The notes beneath the pieces are model-generated. The model was not told the origin of the DNA, ran no database searches, and was given only the letters and a program-made list of their open reading frames with translations. The translations under genes and the position numbers were made by a program. A DNA stretch of 64,000 bases from Terriglobia bacterium (lineage in GTDB: Bacteria > Acidobacteriota > Terriglobia > 20CM-2-55-15). Positions 1-10,104 of the stretch are shown piece after piece. Every line of letters starts with the position of its first letter. The stretch's first letter is position 1. The stretch covers positions 744,231 to 808,230 of the forward strand of contig CBDCFM010000021.1 in NCBI GenBank assembly GCA_965216035.1, written 5' to 3'.

Positions 1-958
1 GTCAGATACGGTCTCAGGCATCGTACAGGACCTGCTGTCACCGCGAGGCACGATAATCACCGACGCGCGCCGCAACGCATTGATTGTCACTGACATTCCA
101 AGCCAGATTGGACGTGTGGGACCTCTGGTTTCTTTTCTCGACACTCCGTCCCAGCAGGTGGAAATTGAAGCCCGCCTGCTGTCAGCGAATAAGTCGTTCT
201 CCAGAGATCTCGGCACCCAGATCGGTCTTCTGATCGGCAACAACAGTCGAAATTCGTTGACTGGCCTTCCGGGCTCGGGAAGCCCCTTCACCCGGACGCC
301 GGAGCCCCGAGTGAACGTTGACGGATCCCTCCCTCTGATTGCCGATTTTGGCGTAGCCGGTTCCTCGGGTCTGTCGTTCCTGTTAGGAGCGGGCGGCGAC
401 ATCTTGTTGGACACCATTATTCAGGCAGCTGAAGCGTCGGGCACAGCGAGATTGTTGTCCCGACCCAGAATCACGACGCAGAATAATCAATCGGCTACAG
501 TCTCCCAGGGCACTCAGATTCCCGTTCAGACGAACGTCAACAACACGATCACGGTGACGTTTGTCGACTTTTCTCTCAATTTGACGGTCACCCCACAGAT
601 AACAGAGGCGGGGACGATATTGCTGACGGCGAGCATCGAGAATAGCGCCCCGGATTTCGCCCGAACCGTTGGCCCCGGCGGCATCCCTTCGGTTTCTACA
701 CAGCAGGCCACAACTCAGGTACTGATACCGGATGGCGGCACTGCGGTGGTCGGAGGAATTCTGCTCGACAACGATTCCGTCAACATCAGTCAGGTCCCCG
801 GGGTGGGCAATATCCCCATATTGGGGAATCTCTTCAAGAGTACGCAGGTGATTAAGAGCACCAGTGAGTTGTTGTTCTTCATTACAGCGCGCATCAAGCC
901 TGCGAACCCGCTGGAGTTTCTGTCGGAAGCGGAGTCCTCGCAGCTCTTTGCCCCGTAA
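1..958 (+). CDS. pilQ: Type IV pilus / type II secretion secretin, C-terminal part. The 5' end lies upstream of the window and the frame is open from base 2.
   Basis: The ORF 80..958 translation ends with a typical secretin C-domain (...VPGVGNIPILGNLFKSTQVIKSTSELLFFITARI). The same frame has no stop back to position 2 (…NALIVTDIPSQ…). Confidence 0.6.
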   Translation, partial: SDTVSGIVQDLLSPRGTIITDARRNALIVTDIPSQIGRVGPLVSFLDTPSQQVEIEARLLSANKSFSRDLGTQIGLLIGNNSRNSLTGLPGSGSPFTRTPEPRVNVDGSLPLIADFGVAGSSGLSFLLGAGGDILLDTIIQAAEASGTARLLSRPRITTQNNQSATVSQGTQIPVQTNVNNTITVTFVDFSLNLTVTPQITEAGTILLTASIENSAPDFARTVGPGGIPSVSTQQATTQVLIPDGGTAVVGGILLDNDSVNISQVPGVGNIPILGNLFKSTQVIKSTSELLFFITARIKPANPLEFLSEAESSQLFAP

Positions 959-1001
959 TCGGAATTAGGCTCCCTCTTTCAGGTGAGCGTCCGCCGCCTG
1001 C

Positions 1002-1424
1002 GTGCGGCTGGCTGCCACCCGGAAGGTGTTCGAACAGGTCGATCAGGTGCCGACTCCTCTCTGCCAAGAAGTGTTTGAAAGCGTAAGCAAGCAGCTCGCG
1101 GGTTTTCGGGCGCTGGCTCTCGTAGGTTTGGACGGAGCGATCGGCGAACAGGTGATCGCCGATCCTACCCTCAATGCGGAGGCGCTTTCCGAGTTCGCGA
1201 CGATCCTTCGCATTGCTCAGCACACCTGCGAGAATACTGAAGCGGGCCAGCTAGCTGAAATGTCCTGGACTGCCGACCGGTGGCTGGTTCTCGCTAGACG
1301 CATTTCGGGTGAGCGATTTCTGATACTGGCGGGAGAACCGGGGCTCCGAGTTGGCTTCGCACGGTATTTGCTCCGAAGAGCTGCCTGGGAGCTCCGGCCA
1401 CAGTTTGAAAAAGCTCCAGGGTAG
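1002..1424 (+). CDS. Small cytoplasmic protein, possibly a Roadblock/LC7 (MglB-like) domain protein
   Basis: A 140-aa ORF directly downstream of the secretin. The segment ALALVGLDGAIGEQVIAD...RFLILAGEPG resembles a roadblock fold, recognised by eye only. Confidence 0.3.
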   Translation: MRLAATRKVFEQVDQVPTPLCQEVFESVSKQLAGFRALALVGLDGAIGEQVIADPTLNAEALSEFATILRIAQHTCENTEAGQLAEMSWTADRWLVLARRISGERFLILAGEPGLRVGFARYLLRRAAWELRPQFEKAPG

Positions 1425-1481
1425 TCGCGCCCGCCCTCGGAGAAGCGCGGCCGGGTCAGATGCTATACTCTTCCGACTGTC

Positions 1482-1946
1482 ATGAACTTCAAAGACCTGA
1501 AGGAACTCATAGAAATCGTTTCAACGACCGATAGTATCGAAGAACTCGAGGTTGAAAAGGCAGGCGTACGCCTCAAGATCCGGAAAGCCGGGAGCAGCCC
1601 GAAGCCGACTCAGGGGTTTGATGACCCTGCGCCTGCCTCGGCGGCGGGGGCCGGGGTGCCTCCCCAGCCTCCCGGACCGACCCCAACAGCGAGTGCCGCC
1701 GCGGGAGTGTTCTTCGTGACTTCTCCCATGGTAGGTACGTTCTACCGGGCGCCCAGCCCGGACTCAGAAAATTTCGTGAAGGTGGGGGATTCTGTCGAAA
1801 AGGGAAGTATCCTTTGCATCATCGAGGCGATGAAGTTGATGAACGAAATCGAATCTGAGGTTGCCGGCGAAATTGTCAGCATTCCTGTCGAGAATGGCCG
1901 CCCTGTTGAATATGGTGAGCGACTGTTCGCCATCCGCCCGCGCTGA
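1482..1946 (+). CDS. accB: Acetyl-CoA carboxylase biotin carboxyl carrier protein
   Basis: Biotinylation motif [10 protein letters not shown], a Pro/Ala-rich linker, and position directly upstream of accC. Confidence 0.9.
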   Translation: MNFKDLKELIEIVSTTDSIEELEVEKAGVRLKIRKAGSSPKPTQGFDDPAPASAAGAGVPPQPPGPTPTASAAAGVFFVTSPMVGTFYRAPSPDSENFVKVGDSVEKGSILCIIEAMKLMNEIESEVAGEIVSIPVENGRPVEYGERLFAIRPR

Positions 1947-1973
1947 TCGTCTGATCTGAGGTCTCCAATCCCG

Positions 1974-3344
1974 ATGTTCAGGAAAGTACTGGTTGCCAAC
2001 AGAGGGGAGATTGCACTCCGGGTTATGTTTGCATGTAAGGAACTCGGTGTCGGGACGGTCGCCGTGTATTCCGAGGCCGACAGGGATGCGCTACATGTTC
2101 GGTTCGCCGATGAGGCCGTATGTATCGGGCCTGCTTGGAGCACGGAAAGTTACCTCAATATTCCCAGCGTGATCAGCGCCGCCGAGATCTCCAATGCCGA
2201 CGCGATACATCCCGGATATGGGTTCCTCGCCGAAGACGCCCACTTTGCTGAAGTGTGTGAGGAGAGCGGGATCAAGTTTATCGGACCTTCTCCATCCAGC
2301 ATCCGGATGATGGGCGACAAGGCTCGCGCACGGTCTGCAATCTCCCGGGTCGGGGTGGAGGTACTCCCGGGAAGCTCCAATCCTGTCGAAGATGCCGATG
2401 AGGCGCTGGCGATCGCGGGCGAGATCGGTTATCCCGTCATCATCAAGGCTGTGGCCGGCGGCGGAGGTCGGGGAATGCGCATTGTGAGTAAGCCTTCCCA
2501 GCTTGCAGGGTCGCTGGGGATCGCGCGAGCCGAGGCTCTGGCGGCCTTCAACTCGGCTGCGTGCTATTTGGAGAAGTTCGTCGAGCGGGCCCGCCACATC
2601 GAGTTTCAGATTCTGGCTGACGATTTCGGTAATGCGATCCATCTTGGCGAACGGGAGTGCTCGATCCAGCGCCGCCATCAGAAGCTGCTGGAAGAGGCGC
2701 CATCGTTCGTGATGGACCCTCCGCTTCGGGAGAAGATCGGGGCCCGTATGGTGGCTGCAGTTCAGGAACTCGGCTACACGAGTGTCGGGACGATGGAGTT
2801 TCTCGTCGACGAAGATATGAATTTCTATTTCATGGAGATGAACACGAGAATTCAAGTCGAGCACGGCGTGACCGAAATCGTTACGGGTGTCGATTTGGTC
2901 CGCGATCAGATCCTTGTTGCCGCAGGCACGGTCTTGCCGCACCGTCAGGAGGACATTCAATTCCGGGGGCATGCCATTGAATGTCGAATCAACGCCGAGG
3001 ACCCATTCACTCACCGACCCTGTCCAGGAAAGATAAGCTCGTGGCATCCTCCGGGTGGGCCAGGTGTACGCGTCGATACGGCTGCCTACGCGGGGTACGT
3101 CGTCCCACCCTATTACGACTCGCTGATCGCCAAGGTGATTGCTCTGGGAGCAAACAGGGCCGAAGCGCTTCGCCGGATGGACCGTGCATTGAGGACGTTC
3201 ATCGTCGAGGGTATTCGAACAACGATACCTCTCCATTTGAAGATCCTGGCGGACGCCCGTTTCAAGGCCGGGGACATATCCACAGCCTTTCTCGAGCAGT
3301 CCAGTATCCTCGATCAAAGTGCCGGATTCGACGAGCTTGCATGA
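1974..3344 (+). CDS. accC: Acetyl-CoA carboxylase biotin carboxylase subunit
   Basis: 456 aa with the canonical N-terminus [17 protein letters not shown] and ATP-grasp motifs throughout. Confidence 0.95.
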   Translation: MFRKVLVANRGEIALRVMFACKELGVGTVAVYSEADRDALHVRFADEAVCIGPAWSTESYLNIPSVISAAEISNADAIHPGYGFLAEDAHFAEVCEESGIKFIGPSPSSIRMMGDKARARSAISRVGVEVLPGSSNPVEDADEALAIAGEIGYPVIIKAVAGGGGRGMRIVSKPSQLAGSLGIARAEALAAFNSAACYLEKFVERARHIEFQILADDFGNAIHLGERECSIQRRHQKLLEEAPSFVMDPPLREKIGARMVAAVQELGYTSVGTMEFLVDEDMNFYFMEMNTRIQVEHGVTEIVTGVDLVRDQILVAAGTVLPHRQEDIQFRGHAIECRINAEDPFTHRPCPGKISSWHPPGGPGVRVDTAAYAGYVVPPYYDSLIAKVIALGANRAEALRRMDRALRTFIVEGIRTTIPLHLKILADARFKAGDISTAFLEQSSILDQSAGFDELA

Positions 3345-3964
3345 AGCGGCTGCCGGCGCTGTACACCATTGCCGATTCAGCCTTTGGCGATCCGGTAGAT
3401 ATTGCTCGCCGTCTCTTCCGAGGTGGTGCCCATCTCGTTCAGATTCGCAACAAGCAGGCAAGGTCTGGGCAACTTCTGAAACAGGCGGCTCGAATTGTGC
3501 GAGAGGCTCCGCCAAACGGTATTGTGATCGTCAACGATCGTACCGATGTGGCCAGAATAGCGGGTGCTGCGGGCGTTCACCTCGGTCAGGGCGATCTCAG
3601 CCCATCTCGGGTGAGGGAAATCCTCGACCGCGAGAGCGTCGTCGGGGTTTCCACGCACAACACATCCCAGGTCCGTGCTGCAGTCGCCGAGCCCGTGGAC
3701 TATATTGCCGTTGGACCCGTTTTCGAGACGTCTACAAAAAAAGATCACTCCAGCGTGCTTGGCCTGGAACGCCTCGCTGAATTCTGTGAAGCGATTGACC
3801 TGCCGGTCGTTGCTATTGGGGGCATCCGATTGGAACATCTGGAAGAGGTGTTTGCAGCCGGCGCAAACTCGGTCGCCGTGATTTCGGATCTTATTGGCCG
3901 TGGGTCGGTCGAAGCGCGGACGGAAAAGTTTCTGGATAGACTGGCCGGCATCAAACGCGTTTAG
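3341..3964 (+). CDS. thiE: Thiamine-phosphate synthase
   Basis: The ATG at 3341 overlaps the accC stop (ATGA). The product [13 protein letters not shown]...VSTHN...YIAVGPVF...VVAIGGI is a typical ThiE/TMP-TENI. The ORF-track entry 2981..3964 is the same frame with a spurious upstream extension. Confidence 0.8.
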   Translation: MKRLPALYTIADSAFGDPVDIARRLFRGGAHLVQIRNKQARSGQLLKQAARIVREAPPNGIVIVNDRTDVARIAGAAGVHLGQGDLSPSRVREILDRESVVGVSTHNTSQVRAAVAEPVDYIAVGPVFETSTKKDHSSVLGLERLAEFCEAIDLPVVAIGGIRLEHLEEVFAAGANSVAVISDLIGRGSVEARTEKFLDRLAGIKRV

Positions 3965-4102
3965 GTGTTCGCAAACCGTTGCCGGGGACTACTAAGAACA
4001 GAAGCGTCCGCAAGAAGTCTCAGGACACGGTGGTTCGAGAGCAAGTATTTGCGTAAACTGTAGAGTTAAATAACGTGTGCTACGTTCTGCTGTGGCGGGA
4101 GG

Positions 4103-4849
4103 ATGGGTCGGAACATGCCAGGGGACGGAATGTTGGATGTGTCGGAGCAGCCAGGAGCGAAGCGCTCGCCCATCGATACCCCAGTCGTGCCCCCAGTCGT
4201 GCCCCCAGTCGTGCCCGAGGTCGAGCTGTATATGATCCGCATGCCACGGCATCGACATACGCTGTTTGTGCCACGCAGTTCACTCAACATCTGCACCGCG
4301 ACGGAGAGCGATCGATTCGGCCGATTTATTCGCCGGATATTGCAGAACCGAAATGCTGTTGTCCGTTGGGTCGGCCGAGTGACACGTGCGGGCCATCGCT
4401 ACTATCAGAAGCTCGAAGATCGGATCGACCCGCTCGAACGGATGATTAAAGCGCTTAACTGCCCTACTTCCTTTCATGTTTTACACGCTCCCAGTTCCGA
4501 TGCGGAATCGCGGTTTCGGATTCTACTCCGCGCACAGGTCATCAAGCACACCGCCTGGCTCATTGTCGACGGAGTCCTCACTACAGTTGCGGCGATGTTT
4601 TTTTGGGTTCTCGTACCGATTCCGGGCCCAAACGTCATGTTCTATTACCCCGCGCTGCGATTAGCCAGTCACTACAGAGCCATTACGGGGGCGAGACGCG
4701 CTCGTGCCAGTACCGAGATCAGGTTTGAAGCACTGCCCGACTTAGCCCGTATCGAAGAAGAACTCGGAAACCCGTCGACTGACCTGCGGGAAGACGGTGT
4801 CGCCTCCGGTGTCGAAGGATTGGGAACTTTCCTCAAACGCATGGTCTAG
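4103..4849 (+). CDS. Hypothetical membrane protein with a PVVPPVVPPVVP repeat
   Basis: ORF with one clear TM helix (AWLIVDGVLTTVAAMFFWVLVPIPG). A 12-bp x3 nucleotide tandem repeat at about 4181-4216 encodes PVVP x3. The true start may be the internal M (MIRMPRH...). Confidence 0.4.
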   Translation: MGRNMPGDGMLDVSEQPGAKRSPIDTPVVPPVVPPVVPEVELYMIRMPRHRHTLFVPRSSLNICTATESDRFGRFIRRILQNRNAVVRWVGRVTRAGHRYYQKLEDRIDPLERMIKALNCPTSFHVLHAPSSDAESRFRILLRAQVIKHTAWLIVDGVLTTVAAMFFWVLVPIPGPNVMFYYPALRLASHYRAITGARRARASTEIRFEALPDLARIEEELGNPSTDLREDGVASGVEGLGTFLKRMV

Positions 4850-4960
4850 GCAGAAGCCGGCGCGTTGTCCTTTGAGGAATTCACGAGAGATATGATCGAT
4901 GCGATTGGGCGCCCAAGCGGTGGTGGCATAAACGGCTCAATTAAAAGGACATAAAGCTGT

Positions 4961-6493
4961 ATGCGCATTACGCTCGATGCTATGCCCTCGGTATCAGCGC
5001 TTTTTCTGGACTACATTCAGGGTTCCGATCGCGCCCGCCAGTTTTATCCGCACGATCACTCACTGGACGCGGTCAGGGAATTCGCACGCGAGTCCGCCCC
5101 CATCGAGCACGCTCGCCGTGACCGGTTGGCTGCGGTCTTGGAAGCGCAACACCGCCGCTGGGGCCTGGACGTCGACTCGATCGAGCGGCTGCGTTCAGGG
5201 GCCGTAGCCGTCGTTTCCGGACAGCAGGCCGGACTCTTCACTGGACCCATGTATTCGATCCTGAAAGCCTTGACTGCGGTGAAGCTTGCCAGGGCGCTCG
5301 AGGAACGGGGAGTCGCGGCCGTGTCCGTGTTTTGGATCGCTGCAGAAGATCACGATCACAAGGAAATCGAATGGGCTGGAATTCTAAGCAAGGATTCGAC
5401 GCTCGAGAAGGTCACGACCCCGCTGGGTGATGGTGCCCGGATACCGGTCGGATGGCTCCGCTTTGGTCCATCTGTCCAGGATGCGATTGACGAGTGTTTC
5501 CGCCTCCTCCCGCCGTCGGAGTTTAAGAACGATGTCCGGACCATTCTCGAAGACGCGTATTGTCCCGACGTGTCCCCGGTTGACGCCTACGCGCGGATGA
5601 TGGGTCGCTTGTTCAAGGGTTCGGGGTTGATACTGGTGGATCCGCTCGATGCCAAGTTGCGGGGCCTGGATAAGGAGGTCCTGGGAAGGTTAGCGCGTCA
5701 GGTGGGCGAAGTTCGCTCGGCACTTCTGACACGGGGCCGGATGATCGCAGAGGCCGGGTACGTCCAGCAGGTGCGAGTCGATGAGCGCTTCACCGGCTTG
5801 TTTGCCTATCGAGGACGTGCCAGGCAGCCTTTAGGGCCAGGAGACGAGATGACGGCTGTGGATCTGAGTCCCAACGTGCTCCTGCGGCCAGTGGTACAGG
5901 ATTCTTTATTTCCGACTGCGGCCTACGTGGGCGGCCCCGCAGAGATCGCCTACCTGGCCCAGGCTGGATCGGTGTATGAGTTCATGGGGAAGCCGATGCC
6001 CCCGATCTTCCCGAGGATCACAGCAACGTTGGTTGAGCCTTCAGTGGCACGGATTATGAGGAAATATGATTTCAGTATCGACGACGTGTTTCAGGGCATG
6101 GATCGACTGAGAATGGGTGCCGTGGCTGCAGGTTCCGGGACGGGGGTCTTCAAGGACGTACGCCAACGCATGTCCGATGAGATGGCGCGTCTGCGCCCGG
6201 TGGTGGAAGGAGTGGATCCCACTCTGGGCGGGGCCTTGGACAATGCTGTTCACAAGATAATGCACCAGGTGGACACTCTGCATGCGCGGTTTGTAAAGGG
6301 TGAGTCACGCCGTGACGCAGTTCTGGAACGACATTTGAAAACACTGACAACCCATCTGTTTCCCGGAAACAACCTGCAGGAACGTGTGGTCAACGTTACG
6401 TCGTTTCTCGGTCGGTATGGCTTGAATCTGATTCCGATGATGGATCAGGCATTGGAACTCGATGGCACAGTGCACCAGGTTATAGAACTCTAG
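4961..6493 (+). CDS. bshC: Bacillithiol biosynthesis cysteine-adding enzyme BshC (YllA family)
   Basis: 510 aa. The segment SGQQAGLFTGPMYSILKALTAVKLA...VFWIAAEDHDHKEIEW matches the conserved BshC core (B. subtilis YllA: GGQQAGLLTGPLYTIHK...FWVAGEDHDLDE). An AAAGGA ribosome-binding site precedes the ATG. Confidence 0.8.
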   Translation: MRITLDAMPSVSALFLDYIQGSDRARQFYPHDHSLDAVREFARESAPIEHARRDRLAAVLEAQHRRWGLDVDSIERLRSGAVAVVSGQQAGLFTGPMYSILKALTAVKLARALEERGVAAVSVFWIAAEDHDHKEIEWAGILSKDSTLEKVTTPLGDGARIPVGWLRFGPSVQDAIDECFRLLPPSEFKNDVRTILEDAYCPDVSPVDAYARMMGRLFKGSGLILVDPLDAKLRGLDKEVLGRLARQVGEVRSALLTRGRMIAEAGYVQQVRVDERFTGLFAYRGRARQPLGPGDEMTAVDLSPNVLLRPVVQDSLFPTAAYVGGPAEIAYLAQAGSVYEFMGKPMPPIFPRITATLVEPSVARIMRKYDFSIDDVFQGMDRLRMGAVAAGSGTGVFKDVRQRMSDEMARLRPVVEGVDPTLGGALDNAVHKIMHQVDTLHARFVKGESRRDAVLERHLKTLTTHLFPGNNLQERVVNVTSFLGRYGLNLIPMMDQALELDGTVHQVIEL

Positions 6494-6521
6494 CAGCCCG
6501 TGGCAGAAGTCCTGAGGGCTT
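6494..6521. repeat. Solo copy of a 28-nt repeat motif (agcagcccgtggcagaagtcc[c/t]gagggc). Other copies are at about 51781 (+) and 52140 (-).
   Basis: A near-identical 26-28-nt string is seen three times in the window, here immediately after the bshC stop. Confidence 0.55.
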
Positions 6522-6582
6522 CGGTGCCCGGCATCGGCTTGAGGTCATCAAGAGAGTTTTTCAGCAGACGGTCAGGCGCAAT

Positions 6583-7707
6583 ATGAGGATTGGTATTACA
6601 TGCTACCCGACCTACGGCGGCAGCGGAGTCGTAGGCACAGAACTGGGAAGGGAACTGGCGGGGGTAGGTCACGAGGTCCACTTCATAAGTTATGCGCTTC
6701 CGATTCGTCTCAAGGCGAGTGATCGGATTCACTTCCATGAAGTTGAGGTTCTGTCGTATCCGCTGTTCGAATATCCCCCATATGACCTTGTCCTGGCGAC
6801 GAAAATGGCGGAAGTGGTAAGCCGGTCGAAGTTGGACATTCTGCACGTGCACTATGCTATTCCCCACTCTATCAGTGCTTTTCTGGCGAAGAAGATGTCC
6901 ACCGGGAGCGAAACTCCGTTCGTGACCACACTCCACGGTACCGACATCACGTTGGTGGGGAACGATCGATCCTATTTACCGATCACCCGCTTCGGGATCG
7001 ACGAGAGTGATGCTGTGACGGCCGTATCCGAATACTTGAAGGAGCGAACGGTTCGGGAGTTCGGCATCGAGCGCGAGATCGAAGTCATTCCAAATTTCGT
7101 CAACTGTGAGGTCTTTCAGAAGTCGTTCGACTCAAAGTTTCGAGCCAGGTTTGCCGCCGAAGATGAAGGTCTGGTGATCCATATTTCGAACTTCAGACCG
7201 GTCAAGCGGATAGGTGACGTCATTGAGTTGTTCAGCCGTGTACGCCGGAAGCAAAAGGCGAAGCTCCTGATGGTCGGGGACGGCCCCGAGCGCCCGAACG
7301 CAGAGTGGTTGACCGAGGTGAAGGGCATTCAGGACGATGTGCATTTCGTGGGCAAGAGTTCTGACATGGAGCAGTTGCTGTCAGTTTCAGACATCCTGGT
7401 GCTGCCCAGCGAACTGGAGTCGTTCGGTTTAGTTGCACTGGAGGCCATGGCATCTGAGGTTCCGGTGATCGCGACCCGGGTCGGAGGCGTTAGCGAAGTT
7501 GTGGAAGATGGCGCGGACGGTTTCCTCTTCGATGTGGGCGATATCGAGTCCATGGCCGAGGCCGCCTCATCGCTCCTTGCCAACAGTGAACTCCGTCACA
7601 GGATGGGACAATCCGGCCGCGCACATGCGCACCGCGATTTCTGCCACGAAAAAATCGTCAAACGTTACGCGGAACTCTATGAGCAGACGATTTCCAGGGC
7701 ACCCTGA
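6583..7707 (+). CDS. bshA: N-acetyl-alpha-D-glucosaminyl L-malate synthase (a GT4 enzyme of bacillithiol biosynthesis)
   Basis: The N-terminus [36 protein letters not shown] is nearly identical in pattern to characterised BshA proteins. The EX7E region ([15 protein letters not shown]) is present. Confidence 0.85.
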   Translation: MRIGITCYPTYGGSGVVGTELGRELAGVGHEVHFISYALPIRLKASDRIHFHEVEVLSYPLFEYPPYDLVLATKMAEVVSRSKLDILHVHYAIPHSISAFLAKKMSTGSETPFVTTLHGTDITLVGNDRSYLPITRFGIDESDAVTAVSEYLKERTVREFGIEREIEVIPNFVNCEVFQKSFDSKFRARFAAEDEGLVIHISNFRPVKRIGDVIELFSRVRRKQKAKLLMVGDGPERPNAEWLTEVKGIQDDVHFVGKSSDMEQLLSVSDILVLPSELESFGLVALEAMASEVPVIATRVGGVSEVVEDGADGFLFDVGDIESMAEAASSLLANSELRHRMGQSGRAHAHRDFCHEKIVKRYAELYEQTISRAP

Positions 7708-8013
7708 AGAGTTACCGTAAACCGAACAACGATCTTCTTAGTGATCGCTTCGAGGGGCCCCTGCGGCCCAGCCCAGCCTGCGCAAAATTTGCGTGGCCGT
7801 CTTCTGTAACTAAGTGATTGAATTTAAATGATAGGTGTCGATTGCGCCGCCGGTGACCGGGTTGTAGGATAGCTGTTTGTAAAGGTTGCCCTTGCCTGAC
7901 TGTGATTGTCCGAAGTTTGATCCAGGTGAACCCCTGATTCAGCCGTCCCGACTCCGGAACACGCGGTAGAGGTTTACGAGTAGAGCTATCTGTTCTCCCG
8001 AAAGGAGTGACGT

Positions 8014-9141
8014 GTGAGGATTGGTCTCTTTGCAGCGTTCGCGGGAAGGAACTGCGGCGGTCCAGAGGTTTATGAACGTGAATTGATCCGCGCGATGGCA
8101 AAGCGCACGGACGACCACGACTTCCACGTCTATTGCCTCGACCAGCGCGCTCCCGACACGATAGGGCCGCTTCCGGAAAACTTCACCTATCACGTGCTGC
8201 GGCCTGCTTACCGCGTGATCAGCATGCTGACAGGTCTTCCATCGACGGTCGCACGCACCAAGCCAGACGTGTTTCACGCAATGATGATTCCACCTCCATT
8301 CTTCCCGGTCGACCCACGGAAGACGATCGTCGCGCTTCCCTGTTCGGCGCTGGCACGACGCCCGGAATTCTACCCGCCACTGATTCGCCTGCGCCTCAAA
8401 TTCCTGCTCAACCGCGCCATACCGAAAGCTGGCGTGACAATTTGCTTTTCCCAGCACATTCGTGACGTCGTCATCGAAGACTTCAAGGTGCCGGGCGACA
8501 GGCTTCCCGTCATCTATCCGGGTGTCAATCAGAACTTTCACCCAATTGATGACGAGGAACAGAGGACAGCCATCGCCCGCCGCTATGGTCTGGAATTACC
8601 CTATTTTCTGTTTTCAGGACGTTGGGAACAGCGGAAGAACGTCGTCGGTATTCTCGAGGGTTACGCGCGATTCCGGAGGGAACACCGCACGGATCACACG
8701 CTGGTGTTCACCGGAGAACGAACGTGGGCAGCTCACGATGCCGAGGCCGCCATTCAGCGTCTGGGCCTCACAGACGCAATCGTCGATCTGGGCAAGACGC
8801 CAATCGACGAACTGCCTCTTCTCTACGGGGCTGCGGATGCGCTTGTTTATGTGTCGCTGTGGGAAGGCTTCGAGATGCCAATCATCGAAGCGATGGCCTG
8901 CGGCACACCCGTCATCGCTTCAGACGTGTCCGGGATGCCGGAAACCGCCGGGAACGCTGCGCTGCTGGTCGACCCCCAGTCGCCGGAAGCGATTGCCTCG
9001 GCGATGCATCGGATTGCAACGGACCCGGATCTGAGACGTCAACTCAGCCGGAACGGACGCGAGCGCGCCCCCATGTTTAGCTGGGAGCGCGCCGTGGAGC
9101 AGTTGTTCGAAGTGTATGAGCGACTCAGCCGCGTAAACTGA
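8014..9141 (+). CDS. Glycosyltransferase family 4
   Basis: GTG start at 8014 with an AAGGAG site 7 nt upstream. C-domain motif EGFEMPIIEAMACGTPVIASDVSGMPE. Confidence 0.8.
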   Translation: MRIGLFAAFAGRNCGGPEVYERELIRAMAKRTDDHDFHVYCLDQRAPDTIGPLPENFTYHVLRPAYRVISMLTGLPSTVARTKPDVFHAMMIPPPFFPVDPRKTIVALPCSALARRPEFYPPLIRLRLKFLLNRAIPKAGVTICFSQHIRDVVIEDFKVPGDRLPVIYPGVNQNFHPIDDEEQRTAIARRYGLELPYFLFSGRWEQRKNVVGILEGYARFRREHRTDHTLVFTGERTWAAHDAEAAIQRLGLTDAIVDLGKTPIDELPLLYGAADALVYVSLWEGFEMPIIEAMACGTPVIASDVSGMPETAGNAALLVDPQSPEAIASAMHRIATDPDLRRQLSRNGRERAPMFSWERAVEQLFEVYERLSRVN

Positions 9142-9170
9142 AGCGCCGGCGGCCTTCGAGCCCTGAGTTT

Positions 9171-9911
9171 CTAGATGCGCAGGTACGCGGTACCGAGAAT
9201 AAACAGCAGCCCAATCGACAGCAGCAGCAGAGAGGATTGCTCAGGGAGCGGGACCGCGGCGACCTGCATCGTTAAATCCAAGTTACCCGCTTGCGCCATC
9301 CACACCGTTGCTGTTGAGACTATGGAAAAAGGGCCCGACTTGGTAACGTTCGCAGAGTCAATCGTTGTCGTCGCCGCGGTGCCAAAGGTCGCTCCCGGGG
9401 TGTAAATCGGCGTCAGTCCAGGGAACGTGATTGGGCCGGAAAGCCCCCCAGCTGCATAGATCCCATCGACACCGAGATCCGGAACCGCATTGTCGAGGCC
9501 AACATACGATTGGGCCGAACCCGTGGAAGTGGGTGCTCCGGTTATTTCCGTATCGAGTTGAACGATTACGTTCATTGGGCCGTCCGGACCGGGGTTGAAA
9601 CCATCGTTGATCAGCGTTATCTGATAGTGGCCGGCGGTGTCGAAGGCCAAAGCTACAAGCAATAGTTGGGCCTCACCGCCCGTCTCACTGCTGCTTGACA
9701 TGGTTATGTTCGATCCTCCAAAACTTGCTAACACGAGGCCCGCGTTGGCATTCCCGTCAAGGGCTCCGTTGTCGGTCACGACCGTGCCCGAGTTGTCACC
9801 GAGGTACTCGACCCGTACCCTCAACCCGATCGGATCAGCGGAAGCGGGCATTGCTGTCAGCAGCAGCCCGAATACGAGAAATAACGATGCGGCGATGCGA
9901 TAGTTCTTCAT
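9171..9911 (-). CDS. PEP-CTERM domain secreted protein
   Basis: Signal peptide MKNYRIAASLFLVFGLLLTAMPASA. The body is low-complexity and Gly/Thr/Ser-rich. The C-terminus VPLPEQSSLLLLSIGLLFILGTAYLRI matches the PEP-CTERM sorting-signal architecture (P-E-P-like motif, TM helix, basic tail). Start ATG at 9911 with a GGAGAA ribosome-binding site. Confidence 0.6.
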   Translation of the reverse strand: MKNYRIAASLFLVFGLLLTAMPASADPIGLRVRVEYLGDNSGTVVTDNGALDGNANAGLVLASFGGSNITMSSSSETGGEAQLLLVALAFDTAGHYQITLINDGFNPGPDGPMNVIVQLDTEITGAPTSTGSAQSYVGLDNAVPDLGVDGIYAAGGLSGPITFPGLTPIYTPGATFGTAATTTIDSANVTKSGPFSIVSTATVWMAQAGNLDLTMQVAAVPLPEQSSLLLLSIGLLFILGTAYLRI

Positions 9912-10104
9912 AACTCTGTTCTCCGTAGCTAGGATTTTCAATCGTTTCAGTATCATTGCTGCTGAATACTTAGCATGTGACGGGCCAAACTTGTCGATTG
10001 AGTGGGCTCGAAATCAAAATACCCAGTAACATCAATATATTCAATATTTTAAGAATAACGGTTCTCGCAATAAACCCACTACAGGCAAGATCTGTGAGAG
10101 CGAC

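Noticed and set aside
1463-1478. A 16-nt exact match 'gctatactcttccgac' shared between the accB upstream region and the IS1182 upstream region (29288-29303)
   Set aside because: In 64 kb on two strands a single 16-mer coincidence is expected by chance at roughly 0.5-1, and there is no extended similarity around it.
2091-3515. Long antisense ORF (474 aa) opposite accC, with similar cases opposite the IS1182 transposase (27992..29323, 443 aa), the GT4 enzyme (7939..8541), the large secreted protein and others
   Set aside because: High GC gives long stop-free antisense frames. These have no motifs and lie wholly within strongly supported genes on the other strand.
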